A stretch of 64,000 bases of DNA from Candidatus Latescibacterota bacterium (GCA_965215195.1 CBDCDC010000001.1:608001-672000); one strand, 5' to 3'; positions 9,696 to 18,638 are shown, numbered from the stretch's first letter. A program made the numbers and translations. Notes: generated by a model not told the origin, from the letters alone.

Positions 9696-10713
9696 CTTGA
9701 CGGGCTAGCCATGCTCCAAAACGGGCTAGCCATGCCCTAAAATGCGAGGAACTAGCGTGTAGTTCTTGTTTGTTCATGCTTGTCTCTGGGGATAGTATTT
9801 CTTTTGGAATCTGCACATTGTTGAGTCGGTTGGCGAGATTTTCTCCGGCCTTGCTGATTTGTTCAGCTCCGATTTCAAGGCTCTGTATGGAGGGACGTAG
9901 AAGTTGTTCAAGGAGGTCTTCGGGCACTTGCAAGTGGTTGATTTTATCAACGAGGTCGCTCGCGGCCACTGACTCCGAAACGGCTTGTATCGCACCTACG
10001 CTAGCAGACACTGCGTCCGAACTGGCTTTTAATGCACTGTCGAGATTCGACACTTGTGCGTTGAGATCGGATACGGTATTGACGAAACTATCGAGGTTGA
10101 CCTGCAACTGCTCGCGACTTTCTTCAACGGTTTTGGTGAAGTGAGTAACTGATGCCTCGAACTGAGAAATAGCTTTCTCTTGTCTGTCGCGGCTCTCTCT
10201 GAGAATTTGCGCTAGCTCTGTTCTAAAGTTTGAAAACTCTCCTAATTCACCCTTGAGTGTAGATATTCTCTCTCTGAGATCGGATACCGCATTGCCGAGA
10301 TCGGATACCGCATTGCCGAAATTGGATACCTTTTCTTTTTGGGCTTCGCCTTCTTCGGATTGGTTAAAAAAGACCCGGAAAAAGATGCCAAATATCGTCG
10401 AAGCGATAGAGATGCCGAAGTTCGTAATGATCTGGGTAATTTTTCCGATAGATTCGTCAATGAGGGAAAATTCAAAAAGCGATACCCCCAAGCTGACGAG
10501 GGTATATAAAAATCCAAGGTAATAGAGGTTATCGCCAGCTTTACCGCGCAGGGATTGCGGCTTGCTGCCATACGTTACTGCATAGACCAACATAATCGCA
10601 ACAGGAAAGGCGGTTACGAAAAACTGATTCACATGGTGTTGCTTGAGAATTATGATCCCCACTGCTCCTATCAAGAAGCAGAAAAAAAGAAATGTTGGAC
10701 TTAGTTTATTCAT
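9682..10713 (-). CDS. MotA/TolQ/ExbB/ZorA-like membrane protein with long helical tail
   Basis: GDNLYYLGFLYTLVSL...NFGISIASTIFGIFFR matches the TM-pair pattern with two conserved Thr of 5:2 ion motors; ~220 aa amphipathic helical tail. Confidence 0.6.
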   Translation of the reverse strand: MNKLSPTFLFFCFLIGAVGIIILKQHHVNQFFVTAFPVAIMLVYAVTYGSKPQSLRGKAGDNLYYLGFLYTLVSLGVSLFEFSLIDESIGKITQIITNFGISIASTIFGIFFRVFFNQSEEGEAQKEKVSNFGNAVSDLGNAVSDLRERISTLKGELGEFSNFRTELAQILRESRDRQEKAISQFEASVTHFTKTVEESREQLQVNLDSFVNTVSDLNAQVSNLDSALKASSDAVSASVGAIQAVSESVAASDLVDKINHLQVPEDLLEQLLRPSIQSLEIGAEQISKAGENLANRLNNVQIPKEILSPETSMNKQELHASSSHFRAWLARFGAWLARQDGKS

Positions 10714-11507
10714 CAGTCATTCATCCCGGAGGTTCTAAGTACGCGTACTACTTGGCCTCCGTGCTGCGAGAGCCAAGACTGGAAGAATTTCAAGAGGGGG
10801 CCGCCATCTCCCTGCTGCCATTGCCGTCTCTGAACGAGCCATAGCTCTATATCGACGCCGCGCAGATCAGGGTTTAGACCGCGAGATTCATGGGTGTGCT
10901 GGAAGCGGCTGAAATCGGGCGGCTCTCGATAGAACGAACATGCGTCGCTGTTTTGTAGAAGGTCTGAAATAATGATGAGACGCCGCGGGACATTGCGACG
11001 TTTGGTATCTTGAAAATGCGTTAGAGAAACCGACTGCACGGACTCCATAATTGGCGACGATGGTGCTTCCTTTTCGTCGAGCAGGGTTTGCAGCACTTCT
11101 TCCAGAGGCTGCCGGAACTTCTGCTGCCAGTTTCGACGAACTATTGCTTGGGATTGGATTAGCGGATCGACGTTTTCTGGATCGCCGGGATTGCAAACCT
11201 TAATGATCGGCTCAAGGCCATGTTCGTGCGTGGATTCCACCGTAAAAAGACTGATTTCGTGATTTTCTTTGACCGTACCTAACAGGTTCTGGATCTGAAC
11301 CTTCAGATCGTCCTTGGTCTGAGCACCAAAGGAATCGGTGCGATCGAGTAGAAAGGCCGTAATCGAATATGGCCCTTCGGTTCTGCAAAGGGTTACGGGA
11401 TCGCGGATGATAGGCTCGGGTTTTAATAATACAAGAGCAACCACAGCCCCTACACCTAGGACGATCATCCCCCCACCTGCGATGTAGTATAGTAGCTTTA
11501 ACGACAT
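10713..11507 (-). CDS. Membrane-anchored vWA-like domain protein
   Basis: N-terminal TM; LLDRTDS (DxSxS-like MIDAS), SPIMES, RRLIIISDLLQNS. Confidence 0.65.
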   Translation of the reverse strand: MSLKLLYYIAGGGMIVLGVGAVVALVLLKPEPIIRDPVTLCRTEGPYSITAFLLDRTDSFGAQTKDDLKVQIQNLLGTVKENHEISLFTVESTHEHGLEPIIKVCNPGDPENVDPLIQSQAIVRRNWQQKFRQPLEEVLQTLLDEKEAPSSPIMESVQSVSLTHFQDTKRRNVPRRLIIISDLLQNSDACSFYREPPDFSRFQHTHESRGLNPDLRGVDIELWLVQRRQWQQGDGGPLLKFFQSWLSQHGGQVVRVLRTSGMND

Positions 11508-11552
11508 GCCAGTTCTTTCCGCTTGTTTTTTGTCTCGGAGTTGGTAACTGGG

Positions 11553-12938
11553 CTATTCAGTTGGCGTTGGTAGGCGGTGCGGGGCCAATCTCCGCAAATC
11601 CCTACGGAGAACATCGTACTCTTTTTGCAACTCCTGTTCGCCGTTATTAACGTCTGTTGTCGCCTTAGAAATGATCTCTAAAATTTCTTCGCGTTTCAGC
11701 AATTCCTCCGGCAAGGTATCGTCTATTGGCGATAGTTCTTCCATTTCCCACTTATCATTGAAGCGAGCAGGTGCTTCTCCTCCTCGTCTCGCACGGTTGA
11801 CCTCTCGGTAGCGCTTGAGCAAATCGTTTCCTGCCCGCTCCAAGTGGTTGAGGTAATCCTCATACGATTTGATAACGTGCCTATGTCCGTCTAAGATAGA
11901 AGCGCGTTCCCTTTCCGAGCCCAAGAGTCCTTGCTTGATGCTATTTAGCTTTCCGACGGCTTCATTAAATATCGCTTTTAGTTCTTTTTCGTGATTGTCA
12001 TAAGCATCTTTGTATTTTTTATATTCACCATCTTTACCATGATAGCGAAAGAACACCTTGCTATAACCGGGGTAGGGATCGCCAGCCCATTTTATGCCAT
12101 CGATAAAGCTAATGATTGCAAACAGGAAACCCATGCAGAACAGCATCCACGACTGGAAGTCCCTTAGCCCCAATGGATTCTCGCGAAAAGCGGACATGGC
12201 GAGCTGCCCGCCTTCGTCGAGCATGGTCCCCGTTATTTCTCGATAGTGTGCAACCATTAGGTTAAAGAAGAATGCAAAGAGTATAAATGCAGTTGCAGCG
12301 AGGATGCCCGCAGACTTTCTACTCCACTCAACATGGTAACAGTTGGTAATGATCCGCCCGAGTAAGAAAGCGATGCCGAGATTGGCAAACGAAATAACAA
12401 CAGCCTCAGTATAGGCACCGAATAGGCCCAGTTCGTTGCCCTTTGCCAGAAAGGATGCGTTGCCCAAGGTCTCAATGAGAAAGAGCACGGCGATAATACC
12501 TGCAAGAAATATATTGTATCCATCGCCGTGCTTACTCGCCTCGCGACTCAGGTTATTCCTGTTCTGAAAATTAGTCAAGCGATCTTCTGCTTTTTTTAGC
12601 GGACTTTGCTTTGCTCGCAAATCCGTAGCAGCACTTTCAGCCTTCTCCTTGAGCTTTGCTTTACCATGGCGAACTTCGCCACCAATAGAGTGCTTGCGGA
12701 ATTCCGGGTCGAGGTCGATAAGACGCTTGCGGTATGAAGCTAATTCTTCATCGGCTCTATCCTTTACGTTTGACTGATATTCTTCGATCCGCCCGACAAT
12801 CTCGGTTTCGGTGTTATCGAGGTCTGTACTGTCTAGCGAAGGCAATCCTTGTTTCGCTGCTTCTTCAGCTTCTTCTACTATATGCACATTCTCTACTATC
12901 TTATCTATCTCGATTTTCTTAAACAGGTCAGTTGACAT
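11553..12938 (-). CDS. Four-TM membrane protein with N- and C-terminal coiled coils
   Basis: 461 aa; four hydrophobic segments in the middle; PYPGY motif; GGAGG upstream. Confidence 0.8.
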   Translation of the reverse strand: MSTDLFKKIEIDKIVENVHIVEEAEEAAKQGLPSLDSTDLDNTETEIVGRIEEYQSNVKDRADEELASYRKRLIDLDPEFRKHSIGGEVRHGKAKLKEKAESAATDLRAKQSPLKKAEDRLTNFQNRNNLSREASKHGDGYNIFLAGIIAVLFLIETLGNASFLAKGNELGLFGAYTEAVVISFANLGIAFLLGRIITNCYHVEWSRKSAGILAATAFILFAFFFNLMVAHYREITGTMLDEGGQLAMSAFRENPLGLRDFQSWMLFCMGFLFAIISFIDGIKWAGDPYPGYSKVFFRYHGKDGEYKKYKDAYDNHEKELKAIFNEAVGKLNSIKQGLLGSERERASILDGHRHVIKSYEDYLNHLERAGNDLLKRYREVNRARRGGEAPARFNDKWEMEELSPIDDTLPEELLKREEILEIISKATTDVNNGEQELQKEYDVLRRDLRRLAPHRLPTPTE

Positions 12939-12999
12939 CGCATGGTCCTCCGCATGGGTTTACTTAACTACCTAGTAGCGTCGTACATTAAAGATGAGA

Positions 13000-13095
13000 C
13001 GACCCCGCAGGGTGCCGGGCCAAGTGTATATCTCACAGGTTTTTTTAGAACAGTTCTGCCTATTCGCCGGGCTTCAGGGCGTGTGCAGGAATGGG
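13000..13095 (-). repeat. Conserved leader, copy B (upstream of the motor/vWA operon)
   Basis: Matches 8425-8509 in the same orientation. Confidence 0.9.
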
Positions 13096-13125
13096 TGAAA
13101 GCGAATCCACGATATATTTTCCGGG

Positions 13126-13698
13126 CTACCAACCGCAGTAGTGCAGGACCTTACCAGCCAGTTCCGTAACCCCTTTCAAGGGCACCTCGGCCATCACAAA
13201 GTCGCCATCCCACTTCGACATAACGCTGATGATCATACGGTCATAGAGCAAAAAGGGGGCGATCATGTCAGAATGAAGGCCCAAGAGGGTAGCCTTAGGT
13301 ATAGTCCACTGTTGGGACCCCTCCGTTTCGTACATACGACGCTCCTGTTGCCCCGTCTTGGGAAAGCCAATCACGACCGGGTAGTAGTCTAGTGGGCCAA
13401 CACGGCGTCTATTGGTTGAAAACTGGGGTGCCTTGTCAAAATCCAAAGACAGGGCGAGGCTTGTTGTCGGGTGGTCAGGATTGCAAGACAACATCACGGT
13501 CATCCGAGTCTTTATCCGATTCTTTAGCCAGTCTTCATGCTCTATGATGCGGACCGGGATGCCTTTTATCTGGACAACATAGTATTCGTTGTCTGTTTGG
13601 TCATCTCGGCCATGGGCTAAGTGCCAACCCGTCTGCGCAAGGGCCTCGGTGGGGCAGACGCCAAGCACAACGAGGACGATAATGCGTCCGTAGGACAT
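13126..13698 (-). CDS. Secreted hypothetical protein
   Basis: 190 aa with signal-peptide-like N-terminus ending ALA-Q. Confidence 0.65.
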   Translation of the reverse strand: MSYGRIIVLVVLGVCPTEALAQTGWHLAHGRDDQTDNEYYVVQIKGIPVRIIEHEDWLKNRIKTRMTVMLSCNPDHPTTSLALSLDFDKAPQFSTNRRRVGPLDYYPVVIGFPKTGQQERRMYETEGSQQWTIPKATLLGLHSDMIAPFLLYDRMIISVMSKWDGDFVMAEVPLKGVTELAGKVLHYCGW

Positions 13699-13793
13699 AG
13701 AGCCCCCTAAATTGGATGGGTGCTGGATATATTAAGACGGTGATGGAGCGGAAAACGCATCGACACTACCGCCTTCGGCTCCCGAGGGAGCCG

Positions 13794-13936
13794 GGCAGTG
13801 TCAAACTCGCGCAAGTTTTTGTGCGGGAATCCCTGCGTATTTACCCAAGAGTTGGGAGCTACCCAACCGCTCTTGAAACAGGCTATTGTATTCGGCAGGC
13901 CACCCGACAGGACGGTAGCACGAGTTTGACAGTCCC
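13794..13936. mobile_element. MITE-like element with IS256-like terminal inverted repeats
   Basis: GGCAGTGTCAAACTCGCGC versus reverse complement of the right end GGGACTGTCAAACTCGTGC (16/19 match); no target-site duplication seen. Confidence 0.45.
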
Positions 13937-14173
13937 AAGAAAATAGAGCAGGAAAAGATGGGATGCAAATTCTTTTTTTAGAACGCATACTAAGTACACG
14001 ACAGTAGGACCTTGCCCTCGATCCCGGACTCATCGCCCATCAACGACAAGTTATTGGTGTCGTGTAGTTAGAACGCATGAATAGAGTGCCCCAGCCTACG
14101 CGCTTGGTGCTCTATTCAACAAACCCTTGAAGAAATTTCAAAACGTACCGCTACCAAAAAATCGCCTGCCGAC

Positions 14174-14268
14174 GGACGCGGCCCTACGGGCAGGCCGACA
14201 AAATCGTGCTGCTATTGGGGATAGAGTGGATACCCAAGACGCGCTATTAGGGTGCGCGAAGGGGGCGG
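14174..14268 (+). repeat. Right-hand imperfect direct repeat of the manC remnant (island boundary)
   Basis: GGACGCGGCCCTACGGGC..CGACAAAATCGTGCTGCTATTGGGG...GTGGATACCCAAGACGCGCTATTAG.GTGCGCGAAGGGGGCGG matches 1840-1928 plus 2135-2153. Confidence 0.9.
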
Positions 14269-14292
14269 TGCAGCAGGTGAAAGACGCGGGGT

Positions 14293-15051
14293 TCACTCCA
14301 CGTCGAGGATGTAGCGCGCTAGCGGCGAGAGCCGCTGGGCAGTTGCCGGCCGCAAGTACTCGCGCTGGTTGGTCTGCTGCGGGTGCTCGCGGGCGATAAA
14401 GGCGCAGTGCAGGGTGCGGCGCGGGCTGCTGCTGAGGTTGCGATACGAGCTGTGCCAAAGGCTGCCGTTGAACACGGCGACCGAACCAGCGCGGCCCGTT
14501 AGCTGCACTTGCTCGGGGTAATCGGCCAAGCGGTCGTCCATGTAGTCGGCTACCCTGCCGGGTTTGCGGTGGCTGCCGGGGACGCAGCGGGTTGCGCCGT
14601 TGGCTGCGGTGAAATCGTCGAGCATCCACATGGAGTTGACGACGTGGTACGGCCCGCCGGGCGCAGTGGGCTGCCCCCAATCCGCGTGCAGGATCTGTAA
14701 ACCGCTGCCGGGCAGTGGATCGTGCCCGTTGAGCGAGTGCAGCTTAAACGGCCGCTGCAAGACGTGGAAGACCGCCGTCAGTAGTGCTGGCTGCAGGTAC
14801 ACAGCGTCGAAAACGTTCCCCTTGTTGACCAAATCGGCGAGGCGGCGCACGCCGTCCATCTGAGCTACCTCAGCGCCGGCTTGGTCGCCCTCGCGGGCAA
14901 AAATCGCGTCAAAAGCATGGCGCAACTCGGCCAGCCAGTCGGGCGCGATGACTTCTTCCAAGATGATAAAGCCGTTGGTGTCCAACTCGTTGTATTGCGC
15001 GAGCGTCAGCGACTGGGGGACGAATCCCCGTTGCAACAATTCAATGTCCAA
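14293..15051 (-). CDS. Phytanoyl-CoA dioxygenase (PhyH) family Fe/2OG oxygenase
   Basis: LHADW (HxD), NGATRCVPGSH, LWHS, R motifs. Confidence 0.9.
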   Translation of the reverse strand: MDIELLQRGFVPQSLTLAQYNELDTNGFIILEEVIAPDWLAELRHAFDAIFAREGDQAGAEVAQMDGVRRLADLVNKGNVFDAVYLQPALLTAVFHVLQRPFKLHSLNGHDPLPGSGLQILHADWGQPTAPGGPYHVVNSMWMLDDFTAANGATRCVPGSHRKPGRVADYMDDRLADYPEQVQLTGRAGSVAVFNGSLWHSSYRNLSSSPRRTLHCAFIAREHPQQTNQREYLRPATAQRLSPLARYILDVE

Positions 15052-15068
15052 AACGGAATTTCCCTCGC

Positions 15069-16232
15069 TTAGCTACCAACTTGTTGCGCGAACTCGCACA
15101 GGGTGGTCGCGCCGCGGCGGATGTGCTCTTCGGAGGCGGCGATGGAGATGCGCACGTGGTCGCGGCACATCCGGCCGAAGGTGCTGCCCGGGGCCACGGC
15201 CACGCGCTGTTCTTTGAGCAGCCGGACAGCGAATTCGCCGGAGTCCATGCCAGCCGCCGAGATGTCGATCATCAGGTAAATGGCACCGCCCGGGGTGTAG
15301 CGGTACAAGTCGTATTCTCGCAGGACTTGCAGGGCGATGTCGCGGCGGTGCGCATAGGCGCGGCACATGGCGGTCACCTCGTCTTGAGGGCCGTTGAGCG
15401 CGTCGGCGGCCGCTAGCTGGGAAAAGCCCGTGCCGCACGAGACAAAAGGCTCTTGCAGCTTGGCGGCCAGTTCAATGTACTCGGGATGGGCGCGCGTGAA
15501 GCCCACTCGGTAGCCGGTCATGGCGTAGCTTTTGGACATGCCGGAGACGACGATGGTGCGTCCGTCGGCATCGTGCGGCAGTGCGCTTTGATGCGGTTGG
15601 TCGAAGACGATCTGGCCGTAAATCTCGTCGGACAGCACCCACAAGTTGTGGCGTTGGGCCAAGTCCACGAGCTGGCGCATCAGGGCCTCGTCGTACACTT
15701 GGCCGGTGGGGTTGGAGGGCGTGCAGAGGAGCAGGAGCTTGGTGCGAGGGCTGACTAGACGGTCGATCTCGTCGAGGTCGGGCAGGAACTGGTTTTCCGC
15801 CCGCAGATTGTAAAAGACGGGTCGGCCGTGGGCGATGGAGACGGCCATCTCGTAATTGGGCCAGCCTGGGTCGGGCAACAGGACCTCGTCGCCCGGTTCG
15901 ACCAGGGCGAGGAAAGCGGTCGCCACGCTCATGACCGCGCCGGGGGTGACGAGGATGTTGTCGCTGGTGGTCGGTACGCCAGTGAGGCACTCGAAGTGGC
16001 GAGCCGCGGCCGCGCGCAAGGCATCGACTCCGGCGTTGGGCACGTACTTGGTGTGGCCGGCGCGTGCGTAGCGGCAGGTAGCTTCGACAATGGACGCTGG
16101 CGTGGCAAAATCGGGTTGCCCGACTTCGAGGTGGATGACCTCGCCCGTCTTCTCGACCTCCCAAGCCAAGTCCATGATCTCGCGGATGCCCGAGCGGGGA
16201 ATGGACGCGGGGATGCGGGCGAAGGGCTTCAT
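15069..16232 (-). CDS. PLP-dependent aminotransferase class I/II (aspartate aminotransferase-like)
   Basis: GQPDF, PSNPTG, SDEIY, SKSYAMTGYRVG. Confidence 0.93.
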   Translation of the reverse strand: MKPFARIPASIPRSGIREIMDLAWEVEKTGEVIHLEVGQPDFATPASIVEATCRYARAGHTKYVPNAGVDALRAAAARHFECLTGVPTTSDNILVTPGAVMSVATAFLALVEPGDEVLLPDPGWPNYEMAVSIAHGRPVFYNLRAENQFLPDLDEIDRLVSPRTKLLLLCTPSNPTGQVYDEALMRQLVDLAQRHNLWVLSDEIYGQIVFDQPHQSALPHDADGRTIVVSGMSKSYAMTGYRVGFTRAHPEYIELAAKLQEPFVSCGTGFSQLAAADALNGPQDEVTAMCRAYAHRRDIALQVLREYDLYRYTPGGAIYLMIDISAAGMDSGEFAVRLLKEQRVAVAPGSTFGRMCRDHVRISIAASEEHIRRGATTLCEFAQQVGS

Positions 16233-17026
16233 CGGAGGTGGATGCCCGGGCCGGTCGCGCCGATCATCTGTACGGTGTTGTAGATGGAGACCGGCGTCGA
16301 GGCGCCGGTGACCCCGGTGATTCCCTCACTGCGTGCGACCTTGAGGTCAAGGCCCGGGCCTTGGGCGTGGATTTCGACGATGGCTTCGCTCCACTCCGGG
16401 CTTACCAGCAACAGCGAATGCGTGCGGTCGAAGCCGATGCCGGCGTACGCGATGGTCGCGTGGGTGTTGACGTTGCGCGGGAAGAGCGGGCAGATGCCGC
16501 GCGTCGGGCCGTCGTAGAGGACCGTTTCTTCTTTGATGTCGTCCGGGTCGAGGCCAGCGGCCGCGCAATCGACGTTGTGCGGCGGCTTTTTCATTACCAC
16601 ATCGACCGACTCCCACACGTCGCGGTTTTCCAACAGCGCGTCCATGCCGACTACGCCTCCGTGCGGGACGAAGGCGCGGGTGCTAGCGCGGCGGGTCGTC
16701 TCCTCAAGGGCGGCTTCGATGGCTGGGTCGGCGAGGGCGGTCACCGAGATGAACATGTAGTTGGTTTTTTCGAGGATCGTCTGTCCCCACTGGCGGGTGA
16801 CGTCCGGGTGGGCCATCTCGACGACGAGGTCGGGCTGCCGCGACTCAAAGTTGCCCAAGTCCGCTAGACAGAGGTCGGCGGGGAGGTTTTGGACGGCAGC
16901 GGCCATTTGATCGTGGACAAAGACGACCTCCATGCCGTTGTCTGCGTCCGCGTCTATCATCTTGTGGACCGCTTGGCCGATCTGGCCGTAGCCGATCAGG
17001 CCGATGCGGGTCGGTTTTTGGCGCAT
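16229..17026 (-). CDS. L-aspartate dehydrogenase-like protein (DUF108/NadX family)
   Basis: GLIGYGQIG Rossmann motif, FPRNVNT; start at 17026 after GAGGAG. Confidence 0.75.
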   Translation of the reverse strand: MRQKPTRIGLIGYGQIGQAVHKMIDADADNGMEVVFVHDQMAAAVQNLPADLCLADLGNFESRQPDLVVEMAHPDVTRQWGQTILEKTNYMFISVTALADPAIEAALEETTRRASTRAFVPHGGVVGMDALLENRDVWESVDVVMKKPPHNVDCAAAGLDPDDIKEETVLYDGPTRGICPLFPRNVNTHATIAYAGIGFDRTHSLLLVSPEWSEAIVEIHAQGPGLDLKVARSEGITGVTGASTPVSIYNTVQMIGATGPGIHLR

Positions 17027-17164
17027 GGTCTGGCTCCTCAAAGGGGGGTGAAATCGGAAGTAGCGAATATATGCACTCGCCGCGGATGGGGCGAACATTT
17101 TCAACGCCCACTACGATCGTAGATTCAAGCCCTAAATGACCTTAGCTCGAAAGGACGCCAAATC

Positions 17165-17602
17165 GTGCAGGCCAAATACTACCCAGAGGTCGATATGCTC
17201 AACATCGACTTTTCCACTGCGCCGGGAGCCGATGCAGAAGAGGTGACGGAGGGATTCGTCTTCACTTACGACGCCCAAGGACGCGTCGTAGGCATTGAAG
17301 TTGATCAAGCGTCCAAGCGCGTGTGCTTAAAAGAAATAAAAAAGAACGACGCTTACGTCATCACCATGGGCGAGGTCTCTACCGTCTCCACGTTGGCCGC
17401 GGAACTAGGTGTCGGGGAGCGCTCAATTCAGAAAACGATTCAGGCGATGCGTGCAGCCAGCATAGAGGTCGGTCAGCAAGCGAGTCCTACCCATCCGATC
17501 CTGCTGACGGAAGCGGATGTATTGGCCGTCAAGCAATGGCGCGAGCAGCACCCTCGGGGTCGGCCGCGAGTGGCTGCTGAAGGACCCCACCGAACCGTTT
17601 AG
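17165..17602 (+). CDS. DUF2283-domain protein fused to an HTH
   Basis: KYYPEVDMLNIDF...YDAQGRVVGIEV (DUF2283 pattern), then TVSTLAAELGVGERSIQK and C-terminal RGRPR. Confidence 0.7.
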   Translation: MQAKYYPEVDMLNIDFSTAPGADAEEVTEGFVFTYDAQGRVVGIEVDQASKRVCLKEIKKNDAYVITMGEVSTVSTLAAELGVGERSIQKTIQAMRAASIEVGQQASPTHPILLTEADVLAVKQWREQHPRGRPRVAAEGPHRTV

Positions 17603-17621
17603 AAGCGCAGCGCGGCACCCC

Positions 17622-18638
17622 TCAATCCCGCCAATCGACGACCACCCCGACGATATCCCCATCCCGCTCCCGCTTAATGCGCTCGTACATCGCCGGCATC
17701 TCGGCGCACCCTATCCGCTGGGTAATGCAGTGTTCCCACTTGAGCACTCCCAGCGCCATGTTCTTGATCACAGCGCGACGGCAGGGCTGCCAGCCATCGT
17801 CGCAGGGAAAAAACATCTGTAGCCGCTTGCCGTGCGGCACAGGAAAGTTTAGGGCGAGCGGCTCGTCCCCGTAGTGGCCCTGCCAGACGAAAGACCCAAA
17901 CCGCCGACAGAGGGCAATCGCCGGATCGATGCACTGCGGATGCCCGGTGCATTCGAATACCACATCGGCCCCTTCGGGCGCGATCTCCCGTACTACAGCG
18001 GCCACGTCCTGCTTTTTGCCATTGATTGCATAATCCGCTCCCAGCGCCTTGGCGACTGCCAGCGGTTTTTCGTCGATATCCACCGCCACCACCATGCACC
18101 CCCGCTGGGCACAAGCCGCCACCACCCCCAAGCCAATCATCCCCACCCCATGCACCACCACCGCATCCCCCATCCGCGGATTGGCCATATCGACGCCATA
18201 GAGCCCCACGGCGGGCATCACAAACAAACTCGCCACATCCATTCCCGCCCCGGGCACCATCTTGGCCACGCCATGCGTGGTATTGGGCCGAGTCACGACG
18301 CGACTGCAATGCCCTCCAGAAACGCACCCAACCTCCGTCCCGTCGGCCAGCCTCATCGCGTCATTGCCGCGAAAGTACACTTCGTCGCCAACCGCAAAAT
18401 TGTCGATAGCGGCCCCGACAGCTTCTATGGTGCCCGTGCCCTGATAGCCGGTACACAACGGAAAGGGGTTGCGGTCCATCTTGCTGATCTTGCCGCTGAT
18501 CAGCCCGAACTCAGTGCCGATACTGACCCCAGTGAAATGCGTGCGGATCGCGACTTGGTCGGGGGCGGGATCGTTCAGGGCGACCGCAGTCAAGGCGAAA
18601 TTTTGCTGTTCGTCGCAGATAAGCGCTTTGGCATCCAT
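17622..18638 (-). CDS. Zinc-binding (MDR) alcohol dehydrogenase family protein
   Basis: GVSIGTE, GYQGTG, VHGVGMIG, GADVVFECTG. Confidence 0.88.
   Translation of the reverse strand: MDAKALICDEQQNFALTAVALNDPAPDQVAIRTHFTGVSIGTEFGLISGKISKMDRNPFPLCTGYQGTGTIEAVGAAIDNFAVGDEVYFRGNDAMRLADGTEVGCVSGGHCSRVVTRPNTTHGVAKMVPGAGMDVASLFVMPAVGLYGVDMANPRMGDAVVVHGVGMIGLGVVAACAQRGCMVVAVDIDEKPLAVAKALGADYAINGKKQDVAAVVREIAPEGADVVFECTGHPQCIDPAIALCRRFGSFVWQGHYGDEPLALNFPVPHGKRLQMFFPCDDGWQPCRRAVIKNMALGVLKWEHCITQRIGCAEMPAMYERIKRERDGDIVGVVVDWRD

Noticed and set aside
8868-10713. Canonical Zorya type I/II/III call
   Set aside because: No ZorC/ZorD/ZorE-like helicase or nuclease genes, and the B-like protein lacks an OmpA domain; reported only as motor-like.
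8425-13095. Integron attC sites or CRISPR repeats
   Set aside because: Only two copies 4.5 kb apart, no RYYYAAC/GTTRRRY inverted core, and no integrase or cas genes.
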